Source: Phoronis australis
Lineage: Eukaryota; Animalia; Phoronida
DNA length: 53,000 bases
Assembly (NCBI GenBank): GCA_002633005.1
Contig: NMRA01001122.1
Span: forward strand, 1 to 53,000
Direction of reading: 5' to 3'
The notes under the pieces were generated by a model. That model was given only the letters and a program-made list of their open reading frames with translations, made no database searches and was not told the origin of the DNA. The translations under genes and the position numbers were made by a program. Below are positions 23,801-38,800 of the stretch, in pieces (position 1 is the first letter of the stretch; each line of letters begins with the position of its first letter).

Positions 23801-26800
23801 TTAATACTGTTACATAGGAGATTGAGTGCGTAGCTGACAGATCCACTCTCCACCAGGGGTCCTTCTCACCAGCCGTATATGTACAGTAAGAGTAGTGTGT
23901 AGATAAATATCTATCCACAGCTTTTGAAGACACGTAGTATTCATATGTAGAGGACTGCTCAGTTGGCTTTCCAAAAGCAACATTCACTACTGTAACAGAA
24001 TCCAGACGCTTTGAACTGTCATGCGTGTCCATGACTCCTTGATGGAGCAGGAGTATACATGTAATATTGGAAGTCTGTTCAAGTGGCTTAGTAGAATAAC
24101 TCTCTACCCCTACTTCCTCGTTGTTCACCTCAAACAGCTCGAAACTCACCAAAGAGGAAAGAACAAATTTGTTCGAACAAACATAGCCTGATGGTGTCCT
24201 CCTGAAAGTAGTTCTATGGTCATTGGTCCCTCAAGACCAGTTTGTAGTTTACAAGAGCACTAGATAAGAGAGACATTTCTTCTCTTGCTAAAATTGGGTC
24301 TCATGCATCTAACGAATTCCGTTGTGTACTTGTCAATAATACAATATTGAAGGTTAGTGGTAACCCTTTACAAAACAACAAGACTACAAAACTACAAAAA
24401 GTTTAAGCAATACAAACAATAAAGTGTAATAAAATATGTAAATACAGATAAAAGTAAGACCGCACTATTTACAAATAGCGCAGACAATAATGAAAGATCT
24501 CTAGGGAGCGACATTTGGCAAAACTTATAGATAGACGACGGTGGTGATGACAGCTATGATGATGATAATGATGACGATGATGATGACGATGGTGATGATG
24601 ATGGCAAAAATTATTATAAGGACAGCCTTGTAAATTAATACTTGCAAAAGTTAATGAAACACGATGATGATGGGGACGATGGCGGTGGTGGTGGTAATGG
24701 CGGTGGTGGTGGTGATGATAATGACAACGATGATGATGGTGGTGTGGTGACGATGATGATGATAGTGGCGGTGGTGGTGATGATGGTGGTGGTGGTGATG
24801 ATGGTGGTGGTGGTGGTGGTGGTGATGATGACGGTGGTGGAGATGGTGGTGGTGGTGCTGATTATGATGACGATGATGATGATGGTGGTGGTGGTGATGA
24901 TGGTGATAAATGGAAACATACACATTTTGAAAACGAATGACAACGTTTTTATAATAATCTCTGGCATTATAATTAAATAACATATGTAGCCTGTGTGTAA
25001 ATGGTGNGGTGGTGGTGATGATGATGGTGGTGGTGGTGATGATGGGGGTGGTGGTTGTGGTGATTCGGGGGAGGCATGAGAATTCTGTATAGTAGCGAAA
25101 ATTATTGCGAATGATTTCAAAATATTCAAAATTTTCATAATAAATGCAAAATTATTCCATGAACCAAACATACCCTTCTCAATTATGGCTTGTATGGCTG
25201 GAATTCGCTTTACAACGCTCTTTGGCACCGTGTGCGCTCCGCCACTCGTGAGCGAGCCATCATAAAGTCCGGCGGTAAATAAGGTGCCCGGGCTCACGTG
25301 ACGACAGCACTTGTGTTCGTCGTCTTTGACACGAATCACAGTATTAGTAGTGGCACTATTGTAGTGATAACCTATGACGTCTCCTTTTTTCACTTCTACA
25401 ATAGTGGTGATGCCAATGTCTTGTTCACCTAGTAAAATTTTCTGTTTGTTACTAAAGTGATACCTCATCATTAAATAAACAAACAATAGCTGTAGTAAAA
25501 TTTCTTCGTGCTTCTCAACACATTTTTCCAGACAGTCACCCGTGTCCGCTGACTAACATTTAGCAACAATGACATTCTTAGAACAAACGTACCAAAAACC
25601 TTGTTTTGTGTACAGTGCCTGAGTTAAACAGTCAAAATTCCAAGCTCTGTAGTTTTAATATTTTTAATTAGTTGTCTAAATGCTGATTCATTTCAATACA
25701 ATTGTCGACAAATGCCTTACATCATATAATAATCTTTTTAAAATGTATTCATACTCAATCAAGAACAACGTCAACTCGGAAGTCACTGTCACGAAGGGCA
25801 GTCAGTAACAACTTTGGGCGTGATCGTGATGGTGTTAGCAAATATGATGGGGGTGATAACGCTTGTGATGATGGTCAGTATACATGTATGTCTATCGGAA
25901 ATTCAGCAGAAAATGCACAACATGACTTTAGAGTATGGGAATGAAACTTGCTCGCATGTAAAAATCGTATACACAAGCTGTAAGTGTTAAGAACTTATTG
26001 ATGTTTGCACTAAGTGACATTTGACCAATAAAATATGATTATATACGTTTTTTTTCAATTAAAGTCTTCCGGTACATTTGTAATATAAAATTTATACAAG
26101 GAGAGCGAGTCGTTCAAGAAATATCAAGGTCTGAAGAGGTCGGAAAATATGAACTAGAACTAGAATATTACTGTCAATGAAGGCAACAACTCCAGTGACG
26201 GATTTAGAGGGGGGCCAAGGGAGCCATCCCCCCTCTAAAACTCTCTCAGATTCCATTTGACAGTTTGGGGGTGCGAATGTCTGACGGGAAAAGTCCTGGC
26301 TAAAAATCTGCCCTGGTCCCCTAACTAAAAATCCTGGATCCGACCCTGAACTCTGTGCATGATCGTAATGACAACGGTGATAATACATGTATGTATGCTG
26401 CTGGTGATCATGTTTGTGGTGATCAGTGTATGTCTACTTTGTGACATTTGGAGTTTTTACATTAGAAGTGAATTATGTTAATCACACATAGTATTTGGAA
26501 TATTATGCGGAGTGCTGAAAACCGCAGACGTCTAGTTGTCAACGGGGCACAATGCAGGTTGAATGATAAAGTCGAATGTTCAGGAGAAAATGCACCTAAT
26601 GACCCGATATGTGCAACAAATGGGCTGGGATTTAAACTTGTTTGGATGCACAAATCGTTCACTTAAATTTGCATTGTCTAGTTCTCGTTATTTGTGTCAG
26701 ACATAATTCCGTGCAAACAAAACGTAAACAAACTCCACGACAAAGCTACACACTTGACGAAATTCGAATTCACCAAGTAAAACCAAAAAATGACAACAAG

Positions 26801-29800
26801 CAACGTACGAAGAAAAATTTCATTTCGCCAAGTATGAGACAAACTCGCTGGGCGGCAAAACGGCACACTTTGTTTTCACCAAGGATGGAAACCGTAGAAC
26901 AACAATAATCTGCGCTGGTACGAACAAAGTATTAAAACAAAAACCGTAGAACTCAAGTCCTCTACACTGGTACGCGTAGATTAACAAGCACTGTACACAG
27001 TACTTGATGACTACAAAGTATAATGCGATACGTTTTCCCAGGCACTCAAACATAAACTCTGGGGCTCTATCAAGTTTTCAGTGATTTTCGAATAAAATGA
27101 ACGTAGGAGTCAACCACTGTTGCAACTTTATATTTCGCATTCTTTGAAAAGCGAATTTTCTCAAATTCAAAGTATTGAAAAAACATTTTAATAGATCGAC
27201 GCAAGGCAAGCATTTCGGCAATATATGTGACATTTACCAAAGGATAACAGGAAATGTTTTATCTTGTGAAATTTACTTGATCCTCAAGCCCATTGTTAAA
27301 TAATAAATCGACGTATTGATTTATACAATAGAACAAAGTGGACAAATTCCTCACATGTACACCACGAGGGCAAAGGAACAATTGTCTCTGGAATCTTCCC
27401 CTGCGAAAAATACACATTTGGGAAATGGTACCCTGATATTCAAAAGAAAGACAGTACTTAATATAACTCTGTGTCACACAAATTTGTAACCTATTCAATT
27501 TTGAATCATCTATAAATTTCACAGTGTTGGGCTGTACTACACCATTCACCAGTAAAAATACATTCCAAACTGCCTCTCATCTCATTTCGAATTTAATTTC
27601 CACCCTACAATTGGTTAACAAAATGCTAGACCAGAAGCAAGTGCTATTACAAAAGAGAGCACGTGATCCTCCTGCAATATATTAATACAAGAGGATCACG
27701 TGGCATCTTACGAATATTTGTGTGATTTATATTTTTCTTTGCTTTGCAATACAAATCACGTGTTTACAAGATATCACCATGCATAAGTTAAGACGCACTT
27801 ATGCCAGCGCTCTACTCTTTGTACTCAAACTCGAACTGGCAATTGTTTTTCCAGTATTCGAAGGAGTGTGCGAGTATCTTTGGTCATCCCTTTTAGTGAA
27901 CAATATTACAACTATCGTTCGTTGCTATAATCTATGGTGAACTCACGATCAGTGCATATTATTCTTTACTCGCGCACATTGTGGTTTACGCATACGAGTT
28001 TCTGGGCCAAATTTGCACTTGACAACTGTGATTGACTTAGTGCAAAATAATTCTGATATATGTCTGACATAACTTGATTTATGTGAGACATAATTCCGAT
28101 TTCTACCAGGCATAAATCAAGTCCATATTTTTTTTCAATGAACAATAATGACAATTAAAAATGTAATTGGTCAAAAAGAGGAGCTCGTGATGAAGATAAA
28201 ATGATAGAGTAAAGATTAAGCCTGTGAGTAAAGAACGGTATAATACGCAAAAGATTAAGTTGAGTCCCTGTTTGGGTCTGCTTCGTGGCATCGGGACAGG
28301 AGAGAAGCATCAGTGAAACGCAAATTATCACAGCCCTGGACGTCTTATAGATAAGAGGTTCAAGTAAACTTAACCTACCATAATTTGGTGTCAGGAGTGG
28401 TATTTGCAGCAACGCCTACTATAGTGTTCGAGCTTCAGCAAATAAATGCGTTGGCCCAGCAGACCAGTTACTTGAATATGAGCCCACATCCACATGGGCC
28501 TATATATGTAGGTTTACTGCCCGGCCACGAATCAAATGGCACCGGCTCACCGGGCCAGCGTGTATTTCGAATGCTGACGCCTACCCTCCCACAAGATTGC
28601 ATCTCCATAGTAGTAAAACACGAAGTGAAAACCTAGGGTACCTTGATTTGCTACAGTCAGCTGCGTTTTGTGAATCAATGTCCATTGATCTGGTTCTTTT
28701 GACAGCCGCCAGATGTCAGCCCACACCGTACCAGCACGTTTGGCATTAAACTTCCAACCAGTCAAAACAGCATCCGATGTTATGCGGAGGTCGGGAAATA
28801 TTGATAAATTAGGACCTTCGGTCGACATCTCATCAACGTCAGTAGGGCCACCGACATGACCTAAAACATCATGTTTAAAGAATATTTGAATAATTAAGTC
28901 TTAGTACCTACGTAACAATGCGCTAAAACCCATTAGTGTTCCGCCGAGCTATGTCGCGTGTTCCAGGGGCCGAGATGTAATCTTTCTACTCTAAATCGAA
29001 TTTGAAATTATTGTGGCATTTCTGTTCCGTTTTGTGCAAACTCAAGATAAGTACTTGTTCAGGGGTGGATCCAGGATTTTGAATTGGGGGGTCAGGGCAC
29101 AGGAATAACCAGAATTTCGCTTCATGCGTGCGCCCAGACACAAATGTAGGGATGTAGGGGATCTTGAATTTTTGGGTTTATTACTAAAAAAAAAACAAAC
29201 GGGGTTTGTTCAAGGACTACGCATTGTGCATTCGCCCCCGACCCCTCTGGGTGCTAGTCAGCAATTTGCACCCCGAAATGCCAAATGGAATCTGGGAGAA
29301 TTTAAAGGGGGTCATGGCCCTTGCCCCCAGTAAATCCGTCACAGCTGTTATTCTGCGCTCGAGTAAATTGTGGTTTATGTAAATGAGTTTCTAGTTATTT
29401 TGGCATTCGAGGACCCCTAGATTTGAGCTTTTAGCCTCAATGATATGGTCATTAAGTGCAAACTAGGACTCAATTTCAGTTCGCACAAAATTGGAACAGA
29501 AAATACCACAAATTAATCTCAGGTCAGTAAAAATTAGAGCTTTATTCACGTGCCAAATCACATATACATGTACCTTGTATATGTATTACTGGTCTATGAA
29601 ATCTTACGGTTGTCACGGGTTCGCACTTCAGAAATAAATAATCAGACCAGCGACTGCAGTTCAATCATATATCGTACTTATCCCAACGGTACAGTCACAC
29701 TTCACAAACTCCGATTCAGGACTCGCTCAAACCACGAGGTTTCCAGAGAACCCGCGTATCAATAATTAGCCAACAAATACCTTCAGGTAGGTGTCTCAAT

Positions 29801-32800
29801 GGACATCAGAATATAAAGTGAATCGTGCTAACGGGCGAGAGTCCATCCCGCCACACGGTTTTATATTCCTTGCTTATTCTTTTACGGTACATTTCAATTA
29901 ATTGGTTGACTTTGAATTGCAAATACGTTAACGTCTTCCTTTTCGTAACAAGCATGCTATTACATCTTAGTCATATGGTTTTCTAACCGTGCGGTTTCCC
30001 TTGTATCAATAGTCTCTGTAAATACATTTAATTTACGTTTTTAAATAAACTTGCGTTGTATTTCATTTCATTGTACATGTACTTGTTTCTGTTGTCATCT
30101 ATATTGTTCTTCTTATTTGTTAATATCTATTTAACATGCGCGCACCCAGGGGGGGGGGCTCGGGGGGCTCGAAAAAAGGTCCGCCTCAGAGAAACAAAAA
30201 GTGAGACAAAAGTCCACTAAACAAGCACAAACGCGTGCAATTCACGGTGGTGTCCCGTTTTTTTTATTTTTTTTCCTAGTTCGCCCCTTTTTTCTTACCA
30301 AAAGGTCCACATGGTCAGGAACTCGAGCCCCCACGTTTTGAATGCTGGGCGCGCGCATGCTTATTTATTGTTACTCGGTGGTCAGCTAGTAGCGGCCCGT
30401 GCCTTTCCTGGCCATCCAGTCACATCACAATGCAGGTTTTTATATGATTTAAAAAATAAAAGTTTCTCTCTATCTTTCTTGATTTTATTCAAAAGTATAT
30501 ATGCGATTTAATTCGGCGATTTAATAGGGGTTTTCATTGGGATGCACCTTCACACAGGCACCCACGTAGACCTAAATGGCTAGAGAACTGGATAGGTTTG
30601 AAGTCTTCTCTCGCCTTCCAGAAATAGATTGACTTGCATGCTTATTTACTTTTTATCCAGTTTAAGTGTTAGCTAAAATTATCATTCAAACGGCAATGTT
30701 TAGGTGTTTTGTCTAGTAAGGGTCTGCCCTTCTCACTTTTCTCACACAACTTCAAAAGATGTTGGAAAAGCCCAGAACTTGGCAGTTTCAATTGCTAACA
30801 TGTGCAGTTTTAACGTATCTTTGTTTTTCAAAATACTACGGGATACTTGGGCATCGCGTATGAACTCTGAAATTAAACATATACCCTGCACAGTGAGCTT
30901 GCGTGTAAGGTCACGAACTGGTAAGTCGACAGCAGGCATAAATGCAGTGTATGACTTCGCATTTATAAGACATTTCGTGGTTTAAATGTCCAGCACACGT
31001 ACTATTTGCTCTCAACTGTTTCTTGTCCCACTTCACCAATCAAAATATGTGACAATATAATATTTCATTCTAAAAGGTCACTCTTATTGATTTAGCGCGA
31101 TTAACTTAAGACTTCGATTGGTCCAAGGATTTACATCAATGGACAACAAACCTGCGCTTTCTGTAAAATGACGATACAAAATTCATCGGAAATAGTATTT
31201 ACCCACGGCCGGCTGCCTAATTTCCGTCTCGCAAGTAGTTCTGACTTCCGTTTGACAATGTTGGGAGCCATTAGATGGTAAAACGTTCTACAGATACAGA
31301 TGGAATTGGTTGGAAAAAAGTTTTCGGTGATAACAAAACTAAACGTCCTTGGTTTGTACCTCCTAAGCAAGGTACAATCCATAGAAGGAATTAACACAGG
31401 AACAAACAGCGCAACCTCAGCCACGCGAGATCGAATTTGGCATTCGCTCCTAGAGTTCACAAAGTGCCAGTTCTTCACAAATCTGCAATCTGAGCAAGGG
31501 ACACGATAAGCGTCGAATTTATAACGTTAATGGACCCAAAATGAAAAGATGTTTTGAACATGGTGTAAAGCAAAATGTTCAGGATATAAACACCCGTTCA
31601 TTGCATCGTACTTACCCGTAAAGAGACTGTACACCTCCACCTCACACAAAACGAGATGAAGATCCTTTTGATGTATAATAAGATATCTTCCGTATACAGT
31701 TTTATTGCAAAAGAGGTCCTCTGTTACACCAGCACCAATAATTCCAGGGTAGTGATAACATAGGGGGTCACTAGTTGACCATTTCCCGTTGCTGGATACA
31801 CGGACAAAGATGTCGAAGGTCGATTTATCTGGAAGACATTTACAACATTAGTCGCACTGTGCTCCATTGAAATTGGAACCCCGGTGTAAAACACATATCC
31901 TGGAGCCGCCCCTTCAAAACAGCTAACCAACCCGAAAAAACATGAACCGCAACCTTTAAAACAGGAACCCAGAGGAAGGGACATTATACTCGGCGACCAA
32001 AACACCACTCCTGCACTTTCTGCCAAACATTGCTTGTCTCTAGAAAGTAGTACTTAGTACCTTTAAACAGTACACACCATGGATTTTTGCACATTTTGAA
32101 TTACCGGTGGCCACAGACTAAGTGTATGACGTAAAATTTAGCTAAACCCGTGTTTATTTTGTGTAATTAGCTCGAAATTTTGATTTTTCTTTCAATTTTG
32201 CCAATTTTCCATTTCCCGCCATGTGACGTCATGGATTGAACACAAGAGATCAGTGACTAGCATTGAACCATGGCGCAGAGCAGGGAATTTGAAAGCGACT
32301 ACGATTATGAGCAAGAATTGAACGAATACTATGAAGAAACGTACGGGAATAGTGGCCAGGATGAGGAAATGGAAATTTTTAATATTACAATTTCACAGAA
32401 CATTTATTAGATGATAACTTGAATATTAGCTAAGAAAGCTGAATGCAATGTAAAATTATTAAGCTAAAAATAAAACTATTAACAAAAAGTAACTGAATAT
32501 TACTCTACATTGCGCAAGTGTATTTTTACGAAAGTTGCGTCGTGTGGTTGAAAGTTTTCGACACGTCGAGTTTTTTAGCGGTTCACGTGAGAAAACAAAT
32601 CCTACGCTCTTCTCAGGTTTATGACATTGGAAAAAACCTCTTGGGATTTTTGTCAAAGTCCCTCGGCAAGACTCGGGATTTTGAAAAAATTTCTTCTAAG
32701 AGGTTTTACCCATATAATAAATCTGAGATTCGAGTAGGATACTCTAATATAAGAGAGTTTTAAACAACATTATGAACCATTGGAGTTCTACCGTTATTCT

Positions 32801-35800
32801 GCTGCTAAAGTTGTGGTGCGATTTTTGGGAAGGCGCCATAAAATATTGCGTCATCTATTGGCCAGTTTTCATTTTGCACAATTCTTCAATCAACTAGTCT
32901 TCTTCCGCAAGACTGCGTACATGTCACAAAAATTATCAGGATTGGTTTCATTTCGTTACAAGTTTTTAGTATTTTAATACCACCAAACCGAATTTCAGAA
33001 CAAATTTTGCAATAGCGACCCGTTAAAAAGAGAGAATTCAATCAATTCACAAATTCCGATTTCAAATTCCGTTTTAATGATCCATGAGGCGTTGAAGGGT
33101 AGGAACGGTGAAGGCCTTTTGAGTGAATAATTCTCGCGGTCCATTTCAAAATCCGGAAATTGATTGTGCCGGAAATAATGTACTCTCGACAAGTAAATCG
33201 ACGAACACTAATTGCGGCTAATTGTAAAGATATTTAAAGGAATTAATAAACAATGGCACTCAAAAGTTGATTTTTTTCATTTTCGATAATATCTTTGGAG
33301 AAACTATAAAATAATCTGAAATTATCTGAATATTCACCGAGATAACAACGTGTTGAGAGTATAGATTATATTGAAATTCGCCCACAGGCAAGTTGCACGA
33401 GTATTACCGATAAAAATAAAACAACAAAGTCAATATCATACAGGTTAGTTTGATTATTAACAATTTTTAAGAAACAAATGCAGACAACAACTGTAAAGTA
33501 CTTAAATATTCTTTGACTCACAGTTTGAGGCTACGGATATCTTCTCGGAAAATTCAAAAAAGTTGTCCGGGTTTCCTTTCTGATCCCTAGTGTTCCTGTT
33601 TTAAAGGTCGATTTCCGTGTTTTTCGGGCTGGTTAGCTGTTTTGAATGTGCAGGGTCTGCTTTCGATTCCAGGGTATCTGTTTTACACCAGGATTCCAAT
33701 TTTGATGGAACACCCAGAGTCGAATACCAAACAGATATTAGCTGCTTTTTAAACCCAAAATCTTTGTCATAAAGAAAGGTTCTGTTACCATTATAAAACG
33801 CCAAATGTTTAGAACAAGATTGACAATTCCTCACAAAGTCGGTGCAAACTCGTCTTGCGTGTCTAACGTTTCTGGTGAGAACAATCCCGCTATGAGTTTG
33901 AGAATCACCGTGCAGAGTCTGTAATGGTCGGTTCCGCCCCTTCGTTTTATGCCATACCCGTATAATTGTGATTTTGGTTAAAAGTCCGACTCACCACCAG
34001 TCGCAAAGCCGGCTACGACACTTCTATGAATGACTTTGACTGTGAAATATCTAACGCAAATGTTAACGAAGAATGTATTTTCAAGATTGACAGAACGAGG
34101 ATTGGTTGAAATCATCAAACAGGGCTTAGTGTCCTTTTAATTTTCAACACATCCAGAATGTTACAGAATGTACAGGGTGTTCTGAAAATTAGAGAACTCC
34201 AGTGGAATTTTGTTTCAGTACACCATCATGCTGCTTCGACCTCACAGACAAGGCTACCCGTCCTATTAAGACCACTTTGGTGAATTCCTCCATGCAATCA
34301 CACGGACCACAGTTTGAACCAAGTTGACAACAGTGCCTAATCTTGTTACAGTAATTCCAGGTACAGGCAATGGCCAAACTCTGAAGAGGAGACGTTGTCA
34401 CGCAATATCTCAAGAAACTGTTCATCCGTGGCTAAGGTACGCACCTTTCCTTACTGCTAACCAGGTTATCATGCAACTGAGACCTCACTCCATATCCCCA
34501 CTACGTATATATTAAAACATACATTGTGAGAATGGCATTGCGGGGGAACTGTGTCGGATTAAGGCTTCGGTCCCCGGTTGCATGAAACAGTCCCAAAAAG
34601 GGACTCAACTACGTTCCCTAAGTCTGTGTATTTGTGGACTTGTGAAAATCCTGATTGTCCTTTGTTATGCTGTTTGAATCTCATTACTAAGTCAATTTTG
34701 GCTTTGATACTAATCGACATTATTACTGAAAAAACACGGATTTTTTCATGCAACACACTTAAATTATGGACTAAATCCCTAAACATTTTGACTGAATTAA
34801 GGGCTCAGTTCTTAGTAATACTATCAGAATATGTCATTAGTCAAAGAGGGGTTCAAAATAAAGATAAAATGATATAAAAAAATCTACATCTGTGAGTAAA
34901 GAACGAAACAAACACGCAAAATATTGAGAGAACTCAGTTGAGTCCCTATTTGGGACAGTTTCTTGCAACTGGGCATTCGAGACCATCGGACTATGTCTGG
35001 AATCTCTAGTCAATAATATACCACTTTTCGCCAAAAATTCTAATTACTTCATCCCCAACACTTTCAAGAACTTTTGACGTACCCCTGGAGTGCGACGAGA
35101 CGGACCTCACGTTTCACTTCTAATCTATCCCAGGTCACGTTGAGGAGGGGGGGGGGGAGGCCGTTGGTAATCCAATGCGGGTCCCCTGTTTCGTGCGACA
35201 CTCTAAGCTGCAGCTTTCTTATCTTAAAATAATAATCCGTCACCGCTGGAGGTATGAGAATGCTGTAACGATGGGTTAACGTGGATCCCCCCAACAAGTG
35301 GCTACATTTTGTGTTCATCCGTCCAACGTTGTTTCTGATGACGACAGCGATTGATTGAAAGGTTGATAATGACTTGAACATCACAGTATCTTTCATAATT
35401 GACTTTCTTTGTGTTTTCTTAAAAAGCTACCTGTGACATGGTGTTACGTTTGAAAAGAACAATTATTTTATATGCGTGTAGCTGTGGATGCATCTCATTG
35501 TAACTGCAAGCAAGGACTGTGGAGACTAAAATAAACTCTTTACTGCAAGTTCCTGAGAAGCCCATTTTGTGAAACTGTCATACTCAGATGCTGAGTCTCA
35601 ATCAAGAGCTGCTGTTTTGACAGAAAGCATGGACTTAATGACGCTAGCAGTTTAATTATTAAAAGATTTTGCCAGGGAGGGAGGTACATGCAGTAAACGT
35701 AGGATAATGGCTAACATCTTTGGCTGAAAGCTTTTTGAGAAGGTTTCATCTGTCTTGGTGACAAATCCATTGGGGACTCCTAATGTCAGTTTTTTGTTTT

Positions 35801-38800
35801 GCGCCTGTGGTTGTGTCTGCTAAACTCTCTGATGGATCTTTGTTAAATCTGGTAAGTGCATTGGTGACAACGAATAATGACAATCGTACGGATCCCACTC
35901 CCGCAGTGACCCCTAGGCCAGGGTCAATTTGTTGTTAGCTGTTTGAATAACAAACGGTTAGAAAAAATCAATGGCGTAGGGAATGAATAAATGATGTAGA
36001 TCTTGCTGCGAGTCGGACGCGGAAGCAGGATAAACCTAAAACATTGCAGCTGATCTTTCGGTGCAATGAAGAGACCAATACCTGAGCTAGTGTGTGCTAA
36101 ACGTGGCATATTATAAACGCGCCCTGTCGGCCTGTCAAAATGCAAGTTTCAATAAGACTATGAAAGGCAACTGACCACCGTAACTATTTTCAAATTTGAA
36201 AAAAAAATAACTGCACGCGAAGTTACTAAGATGAATAAAGTCTTCAGGTCCTCACCCAAAGGCCAAACTAAGGGTCTGCAGATCACCATGGTCACAGCAT
36301 AGGTTTTACGGAATGTTTTCCTAGCTTGTCACAATAACAGTGGTCAAAGGGATTGGGGGAACCAAACGGCCGAAGTAATGTTTTCTCACAAGGATTAAGA
36401 GCCTGGAACATGTTTTACGTACGGTAATCTTTGTGTCGTCTGTTGGTGACACTAACACCGTATACAGCATGAACGGTCTCCAAGTCCACTTTCCACCATG
36501 GATTCGGCTTGCTTGTGTGAATACAGCTGTTACCAACGAGGTAACTAGTATGTTTGTTTCCATCGACAGCACGTGACGACGCACCTCCGTCCCGAATGCT
36601 TGCCTGGGAGGTGGCCTTACCGAGCGCGATATTCTCTGTAAAGCAATGGCACAAATGCTGACCGTTCTCAGTATAGCTCTACTAATAAAAACAATAGTTT
36701 TACTGTTAATTGTCTCAGATCCGGCACGTGAATCCACACACTTTCCTTAATATCTCAGGTCGTTATTATGGAAGAGCAACGTCTACATTTGTATGTTTCA
36801 TCTCATATAGCTGCTTACCCATCTTGCCATAAACTTCCACCTCACATAGACTTAGAGCCTCCGGCCCCACCTTCTGTATATACAAGTATCTCCCACCAAC
36901 AGGCTTTACACAAGGGACAACCACTGTTGCACCAGGACCAACAGTTTCGCCATAATGACGGCACAAGGTGTCAGTTGAAGAAATCTTTGACTTGCTGGAT
37001 ACTTTGATATCAAAATTTGATAATCTTTCAGCTGAAACAGTACAGTTCACATGAATATAGATATTATAAAGCATGGAAATCGTTCGATAGCCCGACAAAG
37101 GGGTATTTGCCAATTTTTCTAGCTTTCGGTGAAGCTGTCAAGGTTTTTGTTTGTCTCGCGTCCCACCACACCATCAAACTGTCCCGGTTTTTGATATACG
37201 ATAACATTGATGTATTATCATATAGTAGTCTCCACGTAACTAAGCCTATTTTTCTGGCTGACTAAATACCCTACTGGAGCATGTTCATCATCCTTGGGTT
37301 TTGAAATAGTCCCAGATGTCTCCATTTATACACGGATTTCCCAAATTTTCAACTCCAGTTGTCCGGCCCAGTTTTTTGCACTCAACTGTTGGCAACAACG
37401 CTTAAGTGAACGGATTTGTGAACGAAGTCTACAAATATGAAGGGTCGTGAGTCCAAGCATGTCCGGAGGACCATAAGCTCGAAGAATAAGTCAGTCCGAC
37501 AACAATTAGGGATTATGGTTAGTCCGGACTAAGTTCAAATTTTAACAAATAATATGCAGACTTATTAGTCCAGAATCTAACAACGCAAAGCTGTTAACAA
37601 CTGAGCAAAAAGTTAGAAGCCTGCGAAATTTTGAACTTTTCAACCATTGCGACAAAAACTAGGAACAAATTGCCGAACATTGTTGAAAGATTTTTAACAG
37701 ACGCTAGATTCAATTCGTTGGTTTCGGAGAGATACGGTAGGGGGCAGCAGCCGTGGCTGCACACGAACTTGAACAAAATCAATCCCTCGATAAATCTGTA
37801 TGGGGACTGAAAAACATGGTTTAGTATATCTACCAAAGGCACTGTTATACGACGAGAAGTTTTTATTTTAGAAACCTAAATGCGGAACCTTACTTAATGA
37901 ATTTACATTTATCAGGGACCGTAGAGTTGTGTTAACTTCATGGGCAGCGAAGATAAGAAAAGACATCTTCAAGGCCGAGTGGAAATTCCCGATGGCGCTG
38001 AAGCCACCGATGCCTGCTCCACCTCTAACGTCTTCTGACATTATTGGCATAAAATGTTCAAGTCAAAACGAACTTTTGGACTTATGAACCTTCAGACTCG
38101 TGAACTTTTGACAATCGGTTCGTTACATTATGAGTATGCAGACATAAGGTTGAAGAAGCATGCTAGCCACGGCCGCTTTATCAAAGCTGGCCTCGGAATT
38201 TTTGGTAGTCTGTTAAGTTAAATACATATATTGGCCTCTTTATCATAACATCAACCGAATTTTGATAATAATTGTTCAAACAAGTGATATCTGTTGTTCA
38301 TTTTTGGTGGGATAACCTACGCACGCTTTTGTTGAAATTTCAGTTGGTCAATCACTTGCGTTTTAGGCCAAAACAGAAGCTCGGATTTTAAGATGAGCAC
38401 GTACGTAAATAAAGAATGTTTATCCGACGTTTCAGTTTATTACTTTAAACCATTTTCAAGGCAACAGTCCACATACTCAAACAGGCGACACAAGTGGAAA
38501 ACAAACTGTGAAGGTAATTGTCCAACATGCATTGTGAGATGAGACTAGAAATCAAAACAGTTTGAGCTCAAATGAACCAATGTTCCTACGGCGTGGTTCA
38601 ACCGTATACATGTATGCATATAATCTTCTTTATGAGGAGCCCCTGGGTGGCATAATCCTTGTCTCAGATCTAAACACCAGAGCAATCTGTAGTGTAATCA
38701 GTTGTCAATGAGTGGTTGAGAACATCACTATGTGTGTCTAACAGTGTTCTTTGACTCAGATGCTAAGAATCCTGTAGGTCATTCCGATGTAAAACTGCTC

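Noticed and set aside
24635-25173. Poly-His, poly-Thr and poly-Val/Met ORFs, and the tail of the 283-aa ORF
   Set aside because: Trinucleotide low-complexity intron sequence; the real exon ends at the GTATGT donor at 25173
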